Of a DNA stretch of 64,000 bases, positions 10,105-19,554 are shown one piece after another; position 1 is the stretch's first letter, and the number at the start of each line of letters is the position of its first letter. The notes beneath the pieces are model-generated. The model saw only the letters and a program-made list of their open reading frames with translations. It made no database searches and was not told where the DNA came from. The DNA comes from Pseudomonadota bacterium (lineage in GTDB: Bacteria > Pseudomonadota > Alphaproteobacteria > Paracaedibacterales > CAITNM01). The stretch spans positions 97,404 to 161,403 of the forward strand of contig JBKCOJ010000005.1 of the NCBI GenBank assembly GCA_046309815.1. The letters are read 5' to 3'. The translations under genes and the position numbers were made by a program.

Positions 10105-10602
10105 ATGAAGATGAAAAAGATATTTTTAGTTGCAGGTGCAACATTACCTTTGTTTTTAACAAACTGTGCTCCTAAATTAGGCGGCAGTGATTATGCTATG
10201 GCCGATGTTGGAGCGAATAGCCTAAGTTTAAGAGGAACAATTGTCGCTATCAGGACAGTTAACATTAATGCTTCACAGCCAAATCAACCTGGCGTAGGCG
10301 CCGCTGTTGGCGCTGTATCAGGCGCAGTCATAGGCAATGTTGTTAGCAACCACGGACCATTCACAACCTTGGCTGGTGGTTTATTAGGAGGTGTAGGCGG
10401 GCACTATGCTGAACAAGCACTTACATCACAAGAAGGATTCGAATACACCGTTGAGCTTGAAAATGGTCAAGTTCAAACAATTGCTCAAGGCGCAGAACCA
10501 AGAATGTCAGTTGGCCAACGAGTTATTGTTGTATTAAACAATAAAGGGGTTAATGGCCAAGGAGCTCGTTCTCGAGTCATCCCAGATAATTCTAGCCGCT
10601 AA
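10105..10602 (+). CDS. Outer-membrane lipoprotein, glycine-zipper (17-kDa surface antigen / Slp-like) family
   Basis: MKMKKIFLVAGATLPLFLTNC signal peptide with lipobox, then the glycine zipper GVGAAVGAVSGAVIGNVV...GGLLGGVGG. The ORF-track N-terminal extension is rejected. Confidence 0.8.
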   Translation: MKMKKIFLVAGATLPLFLTNCAPKLGGSDYAMADVGANSLSLRGTIVAIRTVNINASQPNQPGVGAAVGAVSGAVIGNVVSNHGPFTTLAGGLLGGVGGHYAEQALTSQEGFEYTVELENGQVQTIAQGAEPRMSVGQRVIVVLNNKGVNGQGARSRVIPDNSSR

Positions 10603-10618
10603 TCATTAAGAGGAAAAT

Positions 10619-11398
10619 ATGGACGCTCAATCTGCAGCAGTTGCAGCCGCCGCAACGATACAATCGGCAAATGATGTAGCTGTACAAACAATGGCACAAG
10701 TTGGCCCTAGTGTAGCAAAGCATCTCTCTATGTGGGATATGTTTTGGGGGGCTGACATCATTATCAAACTAGTTATGGTAGGATTAATTCTGGCTTCTGT
10801 TTGGTCGTGGACAATTATTTTTCATAAAGTTATTAGAATGCATCGCTTAAATAATCTAGCGGATCAGTTTGAAGAATCATTTTGGTCAGGCGGCCCGCTG
10901 GATGACTTGTTTAATCGTTTGCAGAATAAATACACAGACCCAATGTCTTCAGTTTTTTGCGCAGCTATGCGTGAATGGCGACGATCCACGTCAAAAGGTT
11001 ATGCTAAGGCAGCGAACCTAAGAGGAACGCTTGAACAACGCATTGAGAGAGTCATGCAAGTAACAGTTAGTCGCGAAATGGACCAGCTAGAACGTCATAT
11101 GGGCTTTTTAGCCTCTCTAGGAGCAAATGCGGTAATTGTTGGACTATTCGGGACTGTTTTAGGCATCATGAATAGCTTTGAAAACATCGCCACCATGCAA
11201 AATACCAATCTTGCGGTTGTTGCGCCAGGTATTGCCGAGGCATTATTTGCTACAGCTATCGGGCTCATTGCTGCTATTCCAGCAGCCATTGCTTATAATA
11301 AATTATCTAGTGATTTCAATCGCTATGGAAATCGTTTGGATGCGTTTGTAGGCGAGTTTAGCTCGATTATTTCTCGTCAACTAGAAGAGCACGGCTAA
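10619..11398 (+). CDS. tolQ: Tol-Pal system protein TolQ (MotA/TolQ/ExbB channel)
   Basis: C-terminal GLFGTVLGIMNSF...VAPGIAEALFATAIGLIAAIPA motif, GAGG-type RBS, followed by tolR-tolA. Confidence 0.92.
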   Translation: MDAQSAAVAAAATIQSANDVAVQTMAQVGPSVAKHLSMWDMFWGADIIIKLVMVGLILASVWSWTIIFHKVIRMHRLNNLADQFEESFWSGGPLDDLFNRLQNKYTDPMSSVFCAAMREWRRSTSKGYAKAANLRGTLEQRIERVMQVTVSREMDQLERHMGFLASLGANAVIVGLFGTVLGIMNSFENIATMQNTNLAVVAPGIAEALFATAIGLIAAIPAAIAYNKLSSDFNRYGNRLDAFVGEFSSIISRQLEEHG

Positions 11399-11844
11399 TG
11401 GCTGGCGGACATTTTCATTCTTTGAGCAGAAAGTCTTCGAGAAGGCGTAATACTGGATTTAACTCCAGCATAAACATCACACCTTTAGTGGATGTTATGT
11501 TGGTGCTGCTTATTATTTTTATGGTGACAGCTCCCATGCTAACTGTTGGGGTGCCTGTAGATTTACCAAAAACGCAAGCAGCACAAATGAACGATAGTAT
11601 AGAACCTCTCGTTGTCAGTATTAACGCAAAAGGCGAAACATATATTCAAGAAGCTCTTGTGCCGATATCTTCAATAATTGATAGATTAAAAGCCATTACC
11701 AATAACAATACCGAAGCTAAAATTTATGTAAGAGGCGATAGAAAAATTGCTTACGGTAAAGTCATGGAATTAATGGGTGCCATTGCTGCAGCAGGCTTTC
11801 AAAAAGTTTCGTTGATTGCTGAATTGCCCTCAGCGACAAGGTAA
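11398..11844 (+). CDS. tolR: Tol-Pal system protein TolR (ExbD/TolR)
   Basis: INITPLVDVMLVLLIIFMVTAP motif; start overlaps the tolQ stop (TAATG). Confidence 0.92.
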   Translation: MAGGHFHSLSRKSSRRRNTGFNSSINITPLVDVMLVLLIIFMVTAPMLTVGVPVDLPKTQAAQMNDSIEPLVVSINAKGETYIQEALVPISSIIDRLKAITNNNTEAKIYVRGDRKIAYGKVMELMGAIAAAGFQKVSLIAELPSATR

Positions 11845-11847
11845 ATT

Positions 11848-12765
11848 ATGCGTAAAGCACTCCTCTATTCTGCTTTATTACATATTATCATTTTTCTAGT
11901 CGTTTATTTTGACTTACGCTTTGCACTTTTTCAAAGGATGGATACCTCACAAGCCATGATTTTTGATTTTGTTGCAATTAGCGATAAGTCTGCTGCTCCG
12001 AAGCGTTCCGTTGCGCCAGCTCCTGAAGAAACGGCAAAAGAAGAAATTAAGGAACAAGAAAAAAAGGAAGAATTAAAAAAGCAAGAAACTCCTGAACCAG
12101 AAAAACAGAAAGAGCCCGAAAAGCCTAAAGAACCCGAAAAACCAAAAGAACAAGAAGCAAAAAAAGAGAAACCTAAGGAAGAGACTATTCCTAAAAAGAA
12201 AGACAAAGATAAACCAAAGAAAGAAGAAAAAAAGAAGGACGAACCTAAGAAGAAAGAAAAAAAGACACCTAAAAAAGCAGAAGTTGACCTAACAAAACCC
12301 AAGCCAAAAGGTACAAAAGAAGACGCAAACGACAAGAAACCTAAAGCAAAGAAAAAAAGCATTGATGATGTCTTAAGCAAAGTTACTGATGATACGGATG
12401 CTATAGACGCCCTTATTGGAGAAGAAGGCGCTGACGTTGATAATTTAGGACCTGTTGTAACAGCTTCTGAAATTGATGCTGTGCGAGCGAAAATTCGCCC
12501 CTGTTGGTCGGTACCAGCTGGAGCAAAAGGAGCAAAAGATCTAGTGGTTGATATTGATATGGAGCTTAATGCGGATGGAACTGTTATTAAGGCTGATGTT
12601 GTTGACAAACGCCGCATGGCGAATGATCCATACTATAATGTGGCAGCAGAAAGTGCGCAAAGAGCAGTACTTGACCCTAAATGTAATCCTCTGCCATTAC
12701 CTAAAGGCAAATTTAATCAGTGGAAAAATATGACCATGAGCTTTAATCCCAAAGATATGTTTTAA
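11848..12765 (+). CDS. tolA: TolA-like cell-envelope integrity protein
   Basis: N-terminal TM anchor, a long K/E/P-rich domain II, a TolA/TonB-like C-terminal domain, and position after tolQR. Confidence 0.85.
   Translation: MRKALLYSALLHIIIFLVVYFDLRFALFQRMDTSQAMIFDFVAISDKSAAPKRSVAPAPEETAKEEIKEQEKKEELKKQETPEPEKQKEPEKPKEPEKPKEQEAKKEKPKEETIPKKKDKDKPKKEEKKKDEPKKKEKKTPKKAEVDLTKPKPKGTKEDANDKKPKAKKKSIDDVLSKVTDDTDAIDALIGEEGADVDNLGPVVTASEIDAVRAKIRPCWSVPAGAKGAKDLVVDIDMELNADGTVIKADVVDKRRMANDPYYNVAAESAQRAVLDPKCNPLPLPKGKFNQWKNMTMSFNPKDMF
12019..12364 (+). repeat. Purine-rich low-complexity tract encoding the K/E/P-rich TolA domain II (KEPEKPKEPEKPKEQE...)
   Basis: Visible A/G-rich run with imperfect short repeats. 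It generates the spurious antisense S/F-rich ORF 11931..12617. Confidence 0.7.
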
Positions 12766-12766
12766 C

Positions 12767-13903
12767 ATGACTAAGCGCATTTTTATTATTGCAGGAGAAG
12801 CTTCTGGAGATTTTCTGGGCGCACGACTTTTACAATCATTAAAAGCACAACAGAGCAATTTAGAAATTGCTGGAATTGGTGGCAATCAAATGCAAGAGCA
12901 AGGACTCAAAAGCTTATTTCCGATGTCTGAAATCTCTCTGTATGGAATTTTTGAGCTCATTCCGCATTTATTCAGCATACTAAAACGCATTCAGCAAACT
13001 AAACAAGCTATTAAAAATTTCAAACCAAATGTGGTCGTAACTATTGATTCTCCAGGATTTACTCTACGAATTGCCAGATACGTTAAAAAACTAAAAATCC
13101 CAGTTGTACATTATGTTGCACCCTCCGTTTGGGCATTACGTCCTGGTCGTGCAAAAAAACTTGCACAAAGAGTTGGTGTCGATCACCTTTTGTGCTTGCT
13201 ACCTTTCGAGCCTCCTTATTTTGAGTGCCATGGCCTTTCCACAACATTTGTAGGGCACCCTATTACGGAAATAGATTTGCCAGAAGACAAAAATTTTCGG
13301 GAATCATTAGGCTTTAGCAGAGAAGCAACCCTCGTTTGCTTATTACCCGGCAGCCGAAAAAGTGAAATTCAAAATTTACTGCAGATATTTTTGAAAACAG
13401 TAGAAAAGCTATCACAAAATAGACGCATTGAAGTCGTACTACCTACATTACCCCACTTAATTCCTCTTATTGAACCATTTATAAAGAATTCAACTATTCC
13501 TATAAAAATAGTCACCACCGCTCAAGAAAAATGGAAAGCATTTATGCAAAGCAGCATCGCGCTTGCTGCAAGTGGAACTGTGAGCTTAGAGCTTGCATAT
13601 GTTGGCGTACCACAAGTTATTGCTTACAAGCTATCAAAACTTACATACTGGATTGCCAGGCTTTTAGTTTCCACACAATACGTCAGCCTTGTAAATATTC
13701 TAACTAAAGAAATGGTTGTACCTGAACTTCTACAAAACGAATGCTCTGTTGATATTTTATATAAAAAACTTGACGGCATATTAAGCGACAGCAAGCTACA
13801 AAAACAGACAAGACAAAAGTACGTCGAAGCAATTAATATGTTAAAAATTCCTCAAGCAAAACCTAGCGAAATTGCAGCGTCTGTGATTAAAAAATTTTTG
13901 TAA
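12767..13903 (+). CDS. lpxB: Lipid-A-disaccharide synthase
   Basis: IFIIAGEASGDFLGARL N-terminus, 378 aa. Confidence 0.92.
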   Translation: MTKRIFIIAGEASGDFLGARLLQSLKAQQSNLEIAGIGGNQMQEQGLKSLFPMSEISLYGIFELIPHLFSILKRIQQTKQAIKNFKPNVVVTIDSPGFTLRIARYVKKLKIPVVHYVAPSVWALRPGRAKKLAQRVGVDHLLCLLPFEPPYFECHGLSTTFVGHPITEIDLPEDKNFRESLGFSREATLVCLLPGSRKSEIQNLLQIFLKTVEKLSQNRRIEVVLPTLPHLIPLIEPFIKNSTIPIKIVTTAQEKWKAFMQSSIALAASGTVSLELAYVGVPQVIAYKLSKLTYWIARLLVSTQYVSLVNILTKEMVVPELLQNECSVDILYKKLDGILSDSKLQKQTRQKYVEAINMLKIPQAKPSEIAASVIKKFL

Positions 13904-13944
13904 TTCCTCTCTAACTCACATTATACAAGCGCTCTTTTGGTAAA

Positions 13945-14973
13945 CTAATGTCTGTTGTAAAAATTTTTAATTTCACCAATAACAACGCTAATATCATCCT
14001 TATTTACATCCAGATGTGTTACCAATCTAATTAATCCCAATTTATTTGGTTGCGCTGGAAGTTTAATCCCTTTTTGTTGAAGATAGAGGTGCAATTCTTT
14101 ATACTGCGTCGGAACTTTTATAAAAAGCATATTTGTATGTAAAGATCCTGGCTCTACTTCGATTTCACTTATTGTTTCCAAGGATTGGTTAAGGAATTGA
14201 GCATTTGCATGGTCATTCTTTAAACGAGCGACATTATTTTCAAGAGCATAAATACATGCTGCCGCCATAATACCAGCCTGACGCATACCGCCACCTAAAA
14301 CTTTACGCCACCGTCTTGCGTGCTGTATAAATTCTTTTCTTCCACATAAAGCAGAGCCCATTGGAGCGCCCAGTCCCTTTGAAAAACAAATGGAAATAGA
14401 GTCAAATCCATGGCTAATTTTATTCAACTCAACATTCAATTGTACGGCTGCATTAAAAACTCTAGCTCCATCAAGATGAAGCTTTAATACCTTCTCTTTA
14501 CAAAAATGTCGCACCTGCTCCAAATAAGAAAGAGGTAAGACCTTACCGTTCGTTGTATTCTCAAGACACAATAATTTTGTACGAGCAAGATGATCATCAA
14601 TTGGTTTAATAGCTCTACCAACTTTTTCTAAACATAAAGAGCCATCTTTTTCAAAATCCAATGGCTGCGGCTGAATACTCCCAAGCACAGCAGCACCCCC
14701 GCCCTCCCAAAGGTAAGTGTGAGCTGTTTGTCCTACAATATATTCGTCTCCTCGCTCACAATGAGACATTAGGCTCGCCAAATTAGCTTGGGTTCCGGAA
14801 GGAAAAAAAAGGCCAGCCTCTTTTTCTGCTTGTTCTGCAATCATTTTTTCAAGCTTAATCACTGTTGGATCTTCTGCAAAGACATCATCTCCAACAGGAG
14901 CTAGCATCATTGCATCAAGCATCTCTTTATTTGGTTTTGTTACGGTATCACTTCTCAAATCAATCGTTTTCAT
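13945..14973 (-). CDS. ltaE: Low-specificity L-threonine aldolase
   Basis: DLRSDTVTKPNKEMLDAM...GDDVFAEDPTV...PSGTQANL motifs. Confidence 0.88.
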   Translation of the reverse strand: MKTIDLRSDTVTKPNKEMLDAMMLAPVGDDVFAEDPTVIKLEKMIAEQAEKEAGLFFPSGTQANLASLMSHCERGDEYIVGQTAHTYLWEGGGAAVLGSIQPQPLDFEKDGSLCLEKVGRAIKPIDDHLARTKLLCLENTTNGKVLPLSYLEQVRHFCKEKVLKLHLDGARVFNAAVQLNVELNKISHGFDSISICFSKGLGAPMGSALCGRKEFIQHARRWRKVLGGGMRQAGIMAAACIYALENNVARLKNDHANAQFLNQSLETISEIEVEPGSLHTNMLFIKVPTQYKELHLYLQQKGIKLPAQPNKLGLIRLVTHLDVNKDDISVVIGEIKNFYNRH

Positions 14974-15139
14974 GGTGCCCTAGCTCAACTTATTCTTAGT
15001 AATCTTCTTTTTAAGAGTGAGATCAGCGGTCAAGATCTGTCAATACGAATCATAAAATCTTTGCATTTGAAAATGATAAAAAAATCTTGCTTTTATATTC
15101 TAATATGCGAAACACTATAAGCATCCCCGCAAAAGTTAA

Positions 15140-16489
15140 TTGTCATTGCAAAGCTTAATCACACAAAAAGTTGATGAATTTCTTGGCCAAATTCAAAATA
15201 TTGAAGATTTAGAATTACAAGGGGTTGTCGAGAAATTAGAAGGATTAAGTACTGTTGTACGCATTAATTCAAAAAAAATTCATATAGGTACGCGATGCTG
15301 GCTCTATCCTGATAATCATTCCCCTGTGCTTGGCGAAGTCATCAGCTTCAACCAAAATCTTGCAACAGTTATGACGTTCCACCATATCAAAGGACTCCAT
15401 CCTAAGTGCAAGGTGACCTTTTTAATCCGAGGCAGCACTATCTATCCCAGCTTGCAGTGGCAAGGGAGAGTTATTAATGGTCTCGCCGAACCAATCGATA
15501 ACAAAGGAAAATTAGCTTTTGGAGCAAACGCTTATGATGTGCATGGCTCACCCATACCTGCTCATAGTCGCGCAAAAGTTAAAGACCCAATTGAACTTGG
15601 TGTTCGAGCTATGGATACATTTTTAACTTGTTGCAAAGGTCAGCGATTAGGAATTTTTGCAGGATCTGGCGTAGGTAAGTCAGTTCTACTATCAATGCTG
15701 GTAAAATTTGCAAATTGCGATATCTGCATTGTTGGATTAATTGGGGAAAGGGGGAGAGAAGTTCGAGAATTCATAGAAGATACTTTAGGTGAAGAAGGAC
15801 TAAAACGTACAATTTTAGTTATTGCAACTTCAGATGAAACTGCACTTATGAGACGAGAAGCCGCTTATTTAACCCTGCGTCTCGCAGAATTTTATCGTGA
15901 TCTAGGAATGAGTGTCCTTTGCGTAATTGATAGTGTTACTCGTTTTGCAATGTCTCAACGTGAAATTGGCTTAGCAGCTCATGAACCTCCCACAACAAAA
16001 GGTTATACTCCAAGTGTTTTTGCAGAATTACCCAAATTACTTGAGCGCGCAGGTCCAGGCATTCAACGCGAAGACAAAACTGGCTATATAACTGCCTTTT
16101 TTACTGTTTTAGTAGATGGTGACGATCATAATGAGCCAATTGCAGACGCAGTTAGAGGAATTCTAGATGGCCACGTTGTTCTTGATAGATCCTTAGCAAC
16201 AAGAGGCCATTTTCCCGCTATCAACATTTTGCAAAGCATATCGCGTACTGTCCCAATGTGTCACAATGAATCAGAACAAAAAGCAGTGATAGAAGCACGA
16301 AAAAATTTAAGCATTTATAATGATATGGTCGATCTTATTCGCTTAGGAGCGTATCGAAATGGAACCGATCCAGCTGTCGATAAAGCCATTCAACTTCACA
16401 CAGAGTTGGAATCATTCTTAAAGCAAAAACCAAATGAATTTACGAATCAGCAAGAATCTTTTGAAAAATTAAAAAATATTACAAAGTAA
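15140..16489 (+). CDS. fliI: Flagellum-specific (type III secretion) ATPase FliI
   Basis: F1/T3SS-ATPase fold with Walker A GSGVGKSVLLSM and Walker B region ILVIATSDE, 449 aa, TTG start. No other flagellar or T3SS gene lies next to it. Confidence 0.85.
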   Translation: MSLQSLITQKVDEFLGQIQNIEDLELQGVVEKLEGLSTVVRINSKKIHIGTRCWLYPDNHSPVLGEVISFNQNLATVMTFHHIKGLHPKCKVTFLIRGSTIYPSLQWQGRVINGLAEPIDNKGKLAFGANAYDVHGSPIPAHSRAKVKDPIELGVRAMDTFLTCCKGQRLGIFAGSGVGKSVLLSMLVKFANCDICIVGLIGERGREVREFIEDTLGEEGLKRTILVIATSDETALMRREAAYLTLRLAEFYRDLGMSVLCVIDSVTRFAMSQREIGLAAHEPPTTKGYTPSVFAELPKLLERAGPGIQREDKTGYITAFFTVLVDGDDHNEPIADAVRGILDGHVVLDRSLATRGHFPAINILQSISRTVPMCHNESEQKAVIEARKNLSIYNDMVDLIRLGAYRNGTDPAVDKAIQLHTELESFLKQKPNEFTNQQESFEKLKNITK

Positions 16490-16645
16490 AAACAAAATGA
16501 AGAATTAAATATCTTGGGTGTTGCAAAAGATCTACATGCCATCAGATTATATTATACACAGATGTAGTTTCCTTGGTGTTTTTTCAAATATTTGTTAGGG
16601 TTTAATTGGTTTAGTTTAAATGAATTTCTTGAGAAGGATTTATCC

Positions 16646-17101
16646 ATGAAAAAAGCATTATCTTCAATAGCGCTTGGCCTATTGTTAATCGGTTGTGAAT
16701 GCACAGATACATGCCAAAATGTAGATGCAAATGCATCTGCAACACCTGGTTCACCTGGTCATTTCAAATATACAGTAAAAGACCGCGTATTCTTTAACTT
16801 CGATAGCGCGACTCTTTCAGCTGATGACAAGAAGTCTCTTGAAGCACAAGCAGGATGGCTAAAAGTTTACTCATCAACAACAGCAACTGTTGAAGGTAAA
16901 TGTGACAGCCGCGGAACAAGCGAATATAACTTAGCTCTAGGTGCTCGTCGTGCCAATGCAGTTGAAAAGCAACTTGTAAAGCTTGGCGTTGATAAGAATC
17001 GTTTGAAAACAATTTCTTATGGAAAAGAAAAGCTTGAAGTTGTTGGCGATGGCGAAGCAGTACACGCGCAAAATCGTGTTGCGATTACTGTTATTAACTA
17101 A
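16646..17101 (+). CDS. pal: Peptidoglycan-associated lipoprotein Pal (OmpA-like)
   Basis: MKKALSSIALGLLLIGC lipobox and GKCDSRGTSEYNLALGARRANAV...SYGKE...NRV OmpA-C motif. The ATG at 16646 is preferred over the ORF-track start. Confidence 0.92.
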   Translation: MKKALSSIALGLLLIGCECTDTCQNVDANASATPGSPGHFKYTVKDRVFFNFDSATLSADDKKSLEAQAGWLKVYSSTTATVEGKCDSRGTSEYNLALGARRANAVEKQLVKLGVDKNRLKTISYGKEKLEVVGDGEAVHAQNRVAITVIN

Positions 17102-17121
17102 TTATCGCTTCTTTTTAAGAA

Positions 17122-17151
17122 AACCCGCAGCAATTAGTTGCGGGTTTTTTT
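17122..17151 (+). terminator. Rho-independent terminator after pal
   Basis: aacccgcag-caattag-ttgcgggtt hairpin followed by a T7 run. Confidence 0.8.
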
Positions 17152-17195
17152 ATACCTACTATAATGCAATCATCTAAGGAGTGGAAAGAATACGT

Positions 17196-17762
17196 ATGAA
17201 AATATCAGGCAATGAAATTCGTCCAGGAAATGTTATCGAATACCAAGGAAAATTATGGACAGCAGTAAAAACAGAGCATACTCAACCAGGCAAAGGTGGA
17301 GCATATATGCAGGTCGAATTAAAATGCTTAACAGATGGTACAAAGCTTAATGAGCGATTCCGTTCAGCTGAGTCTGTTGAAAGAGTCCATCTTGATCAGA
17401 TGCCCTTTCAATATTTATACGCAGAAGGAGATGATTATGTTTTTATGGATCAGGCAACTTTCGAACAAATAAATCTTCATAAAGACTTTGTTGGAGATGC
17501 AGCTGCATATTTACAAGATGGCATGATTGTTGAACTTTGCATGCATGAAGGTCGTCCTATTTCGGCAAGATTACCAGATACTATCATACTAACAATTACG
17601 GAAGCAGATCCTGTTGTAAAAGGTCAGACAGCGGCGTCTTCCTTCAAGCCAGCAATTTTAGAAAATGGTATTCGTATCATGGTTCCACCCCACATTGAAT
17701 CAGGTACAAAAGTTGTGGTGCGCACCGCGGATGGAACTTATGTAGAACGTGCGAAAGATTAG
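17196..17762 (+). CDS. efp: Elongation factor P
   Basis: [21 protein letters not shown]...[14 protein letters not shown]. The ATG at 17196 is preferred. Confidence 0.95.
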   Translation: MKISGNEIRPGNVIEYQGKLWTAVKTEHTQPGKGGAYMQVELKCLTDGTKLNERFRSAESVERVHLDQMPFQYLYAEGDDYVFMDQATFEQINLHKDFVGDAAAYLQDGMIVELCMHEGRPISARLPDTIILTITEADPVVKGQTAASSFKPAILENGIRIMVPPHIESGTKVVVRTADGTYVERAKD

Positions 17763-17765
17763 TTA

Positions 17766-18545
17766 ATGACTAGAATCATTCAAACTCCAAAATCAGCCCT
17801 AATTAATGTAATGTCTCAAGCTGTTTATAAAGCAGCGCGAGGACTAATACGTGATTTTGGTGAATTAGAACATTTACAAATTACTAAAAAATCTATAGGA
17901 GATTTTGTCAGTTCAGCTGACAAACGCTCTGAGCAAATCCTTATTGATGAGTTACGCAAAGCGAGACCAGATTTCGGTTTCTTATGTGAAGAAGCGGGAG
18001 AGATAAAAGGAAAAGATTCAAGACACCGTTGGATTATTGATCCACTAGACGGCACTACGAATTTTTTGCATAGCAATCCCCATTTTGCCATCACCGTTGC
18101 TCTAGAGTTTGATGGAGAAATTATCGCAGGCGTCACATACCAGCCGATTCTCGATGAACTTTTTTGGGCAGAAAAAGGTAAGGGCGCATTTTGCAATCAA
18201 AAAAGATTGCGTGTTTCAGGGCGACGAGATTTAGAATCTCTACTCGTTTGCTGCGACTACGACCATCCAGTCGTAGAAGAGATTGATAGCAAAATTTCAG
18301 GTATTCGCTACACAGGAGCAGGCGCGCTTGACTTAGCGTATGTTGCCAGCGGCCGTTTCGACGTATGCTTTCTCATGGGCCTTAAACCATGGGACATGGC
18401 AACAGGCGCGCTTCTTGTGCGAGAAGCCGGGGGGGTGATTACAAACATGGATGGTCAGCATATGAACATTTATACAAGCTCTGTTTTATGCGGGAATGAG
18501 TTGCTACACAAAATGTTTTTACCTCTCGTAAATAATCATAAATAA
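17766..18545 (+). CDS. suhB: Inositol monophosphatase family protein (SuhB-like)
   Basis: WIIDPLDGTTNF and WDMATGALL motifs. Confidence 0.9.
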   Translation: MTRIIQTPKSALINVMSQAVYKAARGLIRDFGELEHLQITKKSIGDFVSSADKRSEQILIDELRKARPDFGFLCEEAGEIKGKDSRHRWIIDPLDGTTNFLHSNPHFAITVALEFDGEIIAGVTYQPILDELFWAEKGKGAFCNQKRLRVSGRRDLESLLVCCDYDHPVVEEIDSKISGIRYTGAGALDLAYVASGRFDVCFLMGLKPWDMATGALLVREAGGVITNMDGQHMNIYTSSVLCGNELLHKMFLPLVNNHK

Positions 18546-18599
18546 CGCTTGTGATTTATAAATAAAAACGATTATAAATAAATACTAAACGAAGTTCTG

Positions 18600-19553
18600 T
18601 TGTATTTTTTGCATTGGGCAATAGTTATATTGTTATTATTAGTAGGTTGTGCTGGCGGGCCTTCAGGTCCTCGCACGCCTATCGGCGGAATAGGTAAAGG
18701 ATCAACAAAGAGTTATTATTGCCGTGGTGAATGGCATCATCCTCAAAATTATTATGAATACGACAAAACGGGCCTAGCCTCATGGTATGGCCCCGGCTTT
18801 CACGGAAAACCAAAACCCTATGGTGAAAAGTTTAATATGCACGGTATTTCTGCTGCTCATCGAACGCTACCTTTACCAACTGTAGTAAAAGTAACAAATT
18901 TACAAAACGGCAAATCAATCAACCTTGTGCTTGATGATCGTGGTCCTTTTGTTTATGAAGGACGAATTATTGACTTAAGTGTAGGAGCAGCAAAAGCATT
19001 AGGAACATACAGCAAAGGACTGGCAACCGTTAGAGTACAAAGCATTCCCGGAGAAAGCCGCATGCTATCAGATTATTTAGCTAAACACGGAAATCAAAGC
19101 GGAAAAATGAAAGATGGTAGAACGTGGCAGCAAGTTTACCAAGAAGAAATTGCTGGGAAATATAATAATTATGTTACAGATAATCCAAATCTCGTAAAAT
19201 CTGCATTGCAAAAAAGTACAAAAAATACATCAGCTACCCCATCAAAAACATTGGATGATGTTTTAAACTCAGTGACACCAAAAGTTAGTAACGCATCCTC
19301 TCCAAAAGCTGCACCTATAGGTGGAAAAACGTACATTAATTTGGGGAAGGCATTCGTACAAAAAAATAATGCTCAAAAAATCGCAGCTAGTTTACCCAAA
19401 GCATGGAATCCAACGATTCAATCAGTGCTTCATCCAAGCGGACAAACACTTTATAATGTAAAGATTGGACCTTTCAATAATCAATTATCTCAAGAACTTT
19501 TGAGAAAGATTCACAGCAAAGGCTTTTCACAAGCAATTATACTAGAGGACTAG
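18600..19553 (+). CDS. rlpA: Septal ring lytic transglycosylase RlpA (DPBB plus SPOR domains), lipoprotein
   Basis: LLLLVGC lipobox; DPBB core SWYGPGFHGKPKPYGEKFN...LPLPTVVKVTNLQNGKS..VLDDRGPF; C-terminal SPOR-like domain. Confidence 0.9.
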   Translation: MYFLHWAIVILLLLVGCAGGPSGPRTPIGGIGKGSTKSYYCRGEWHHPQNYYEYDKTGLASWYGPGFHGKPKPYGEKFNMHGISAAHRTLPLPTVVKVTNLQNGKSINLVLDDRGPFVYEGRIIDLSVGAAKALGTYSKGLATVRVQSIPGESRMLSDYLAKHGNQSGKMKDGRTWQQVYQEEIAGKYNNYVTDNPNLVKSALQKSTKNTSATPSKTLDDVLNSVTPKVSNASSPKAAPIGGKTYINLGKAFVQKNNAQKIAASLPKAWNPTIQSVLHPSGQTLYNVKIGPFNNQLSQELLRKIHSKGFSQAIILED

Positions 19554-19554
19554 A

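Noticed and set aside
11931-12617. 228-aa minus-strand ORF (S/F/G-rich) antisense to tolA
   Set aside because: It is the mirror image of the purine-rich K/E/P tract of tolA. The composition is low-complexity, there is no start context, and the sense-strand gene is well supported.
18556-18582. Direct repeat TTATAAATAAA x2 (16-nt period) upstream of rlpA
   Set aside because: It is a pure A/T low-complexity sequence in an AT-rich spacer. It is probably just -10-like promoter sequence, and there is insufficient evidence for a specific element.
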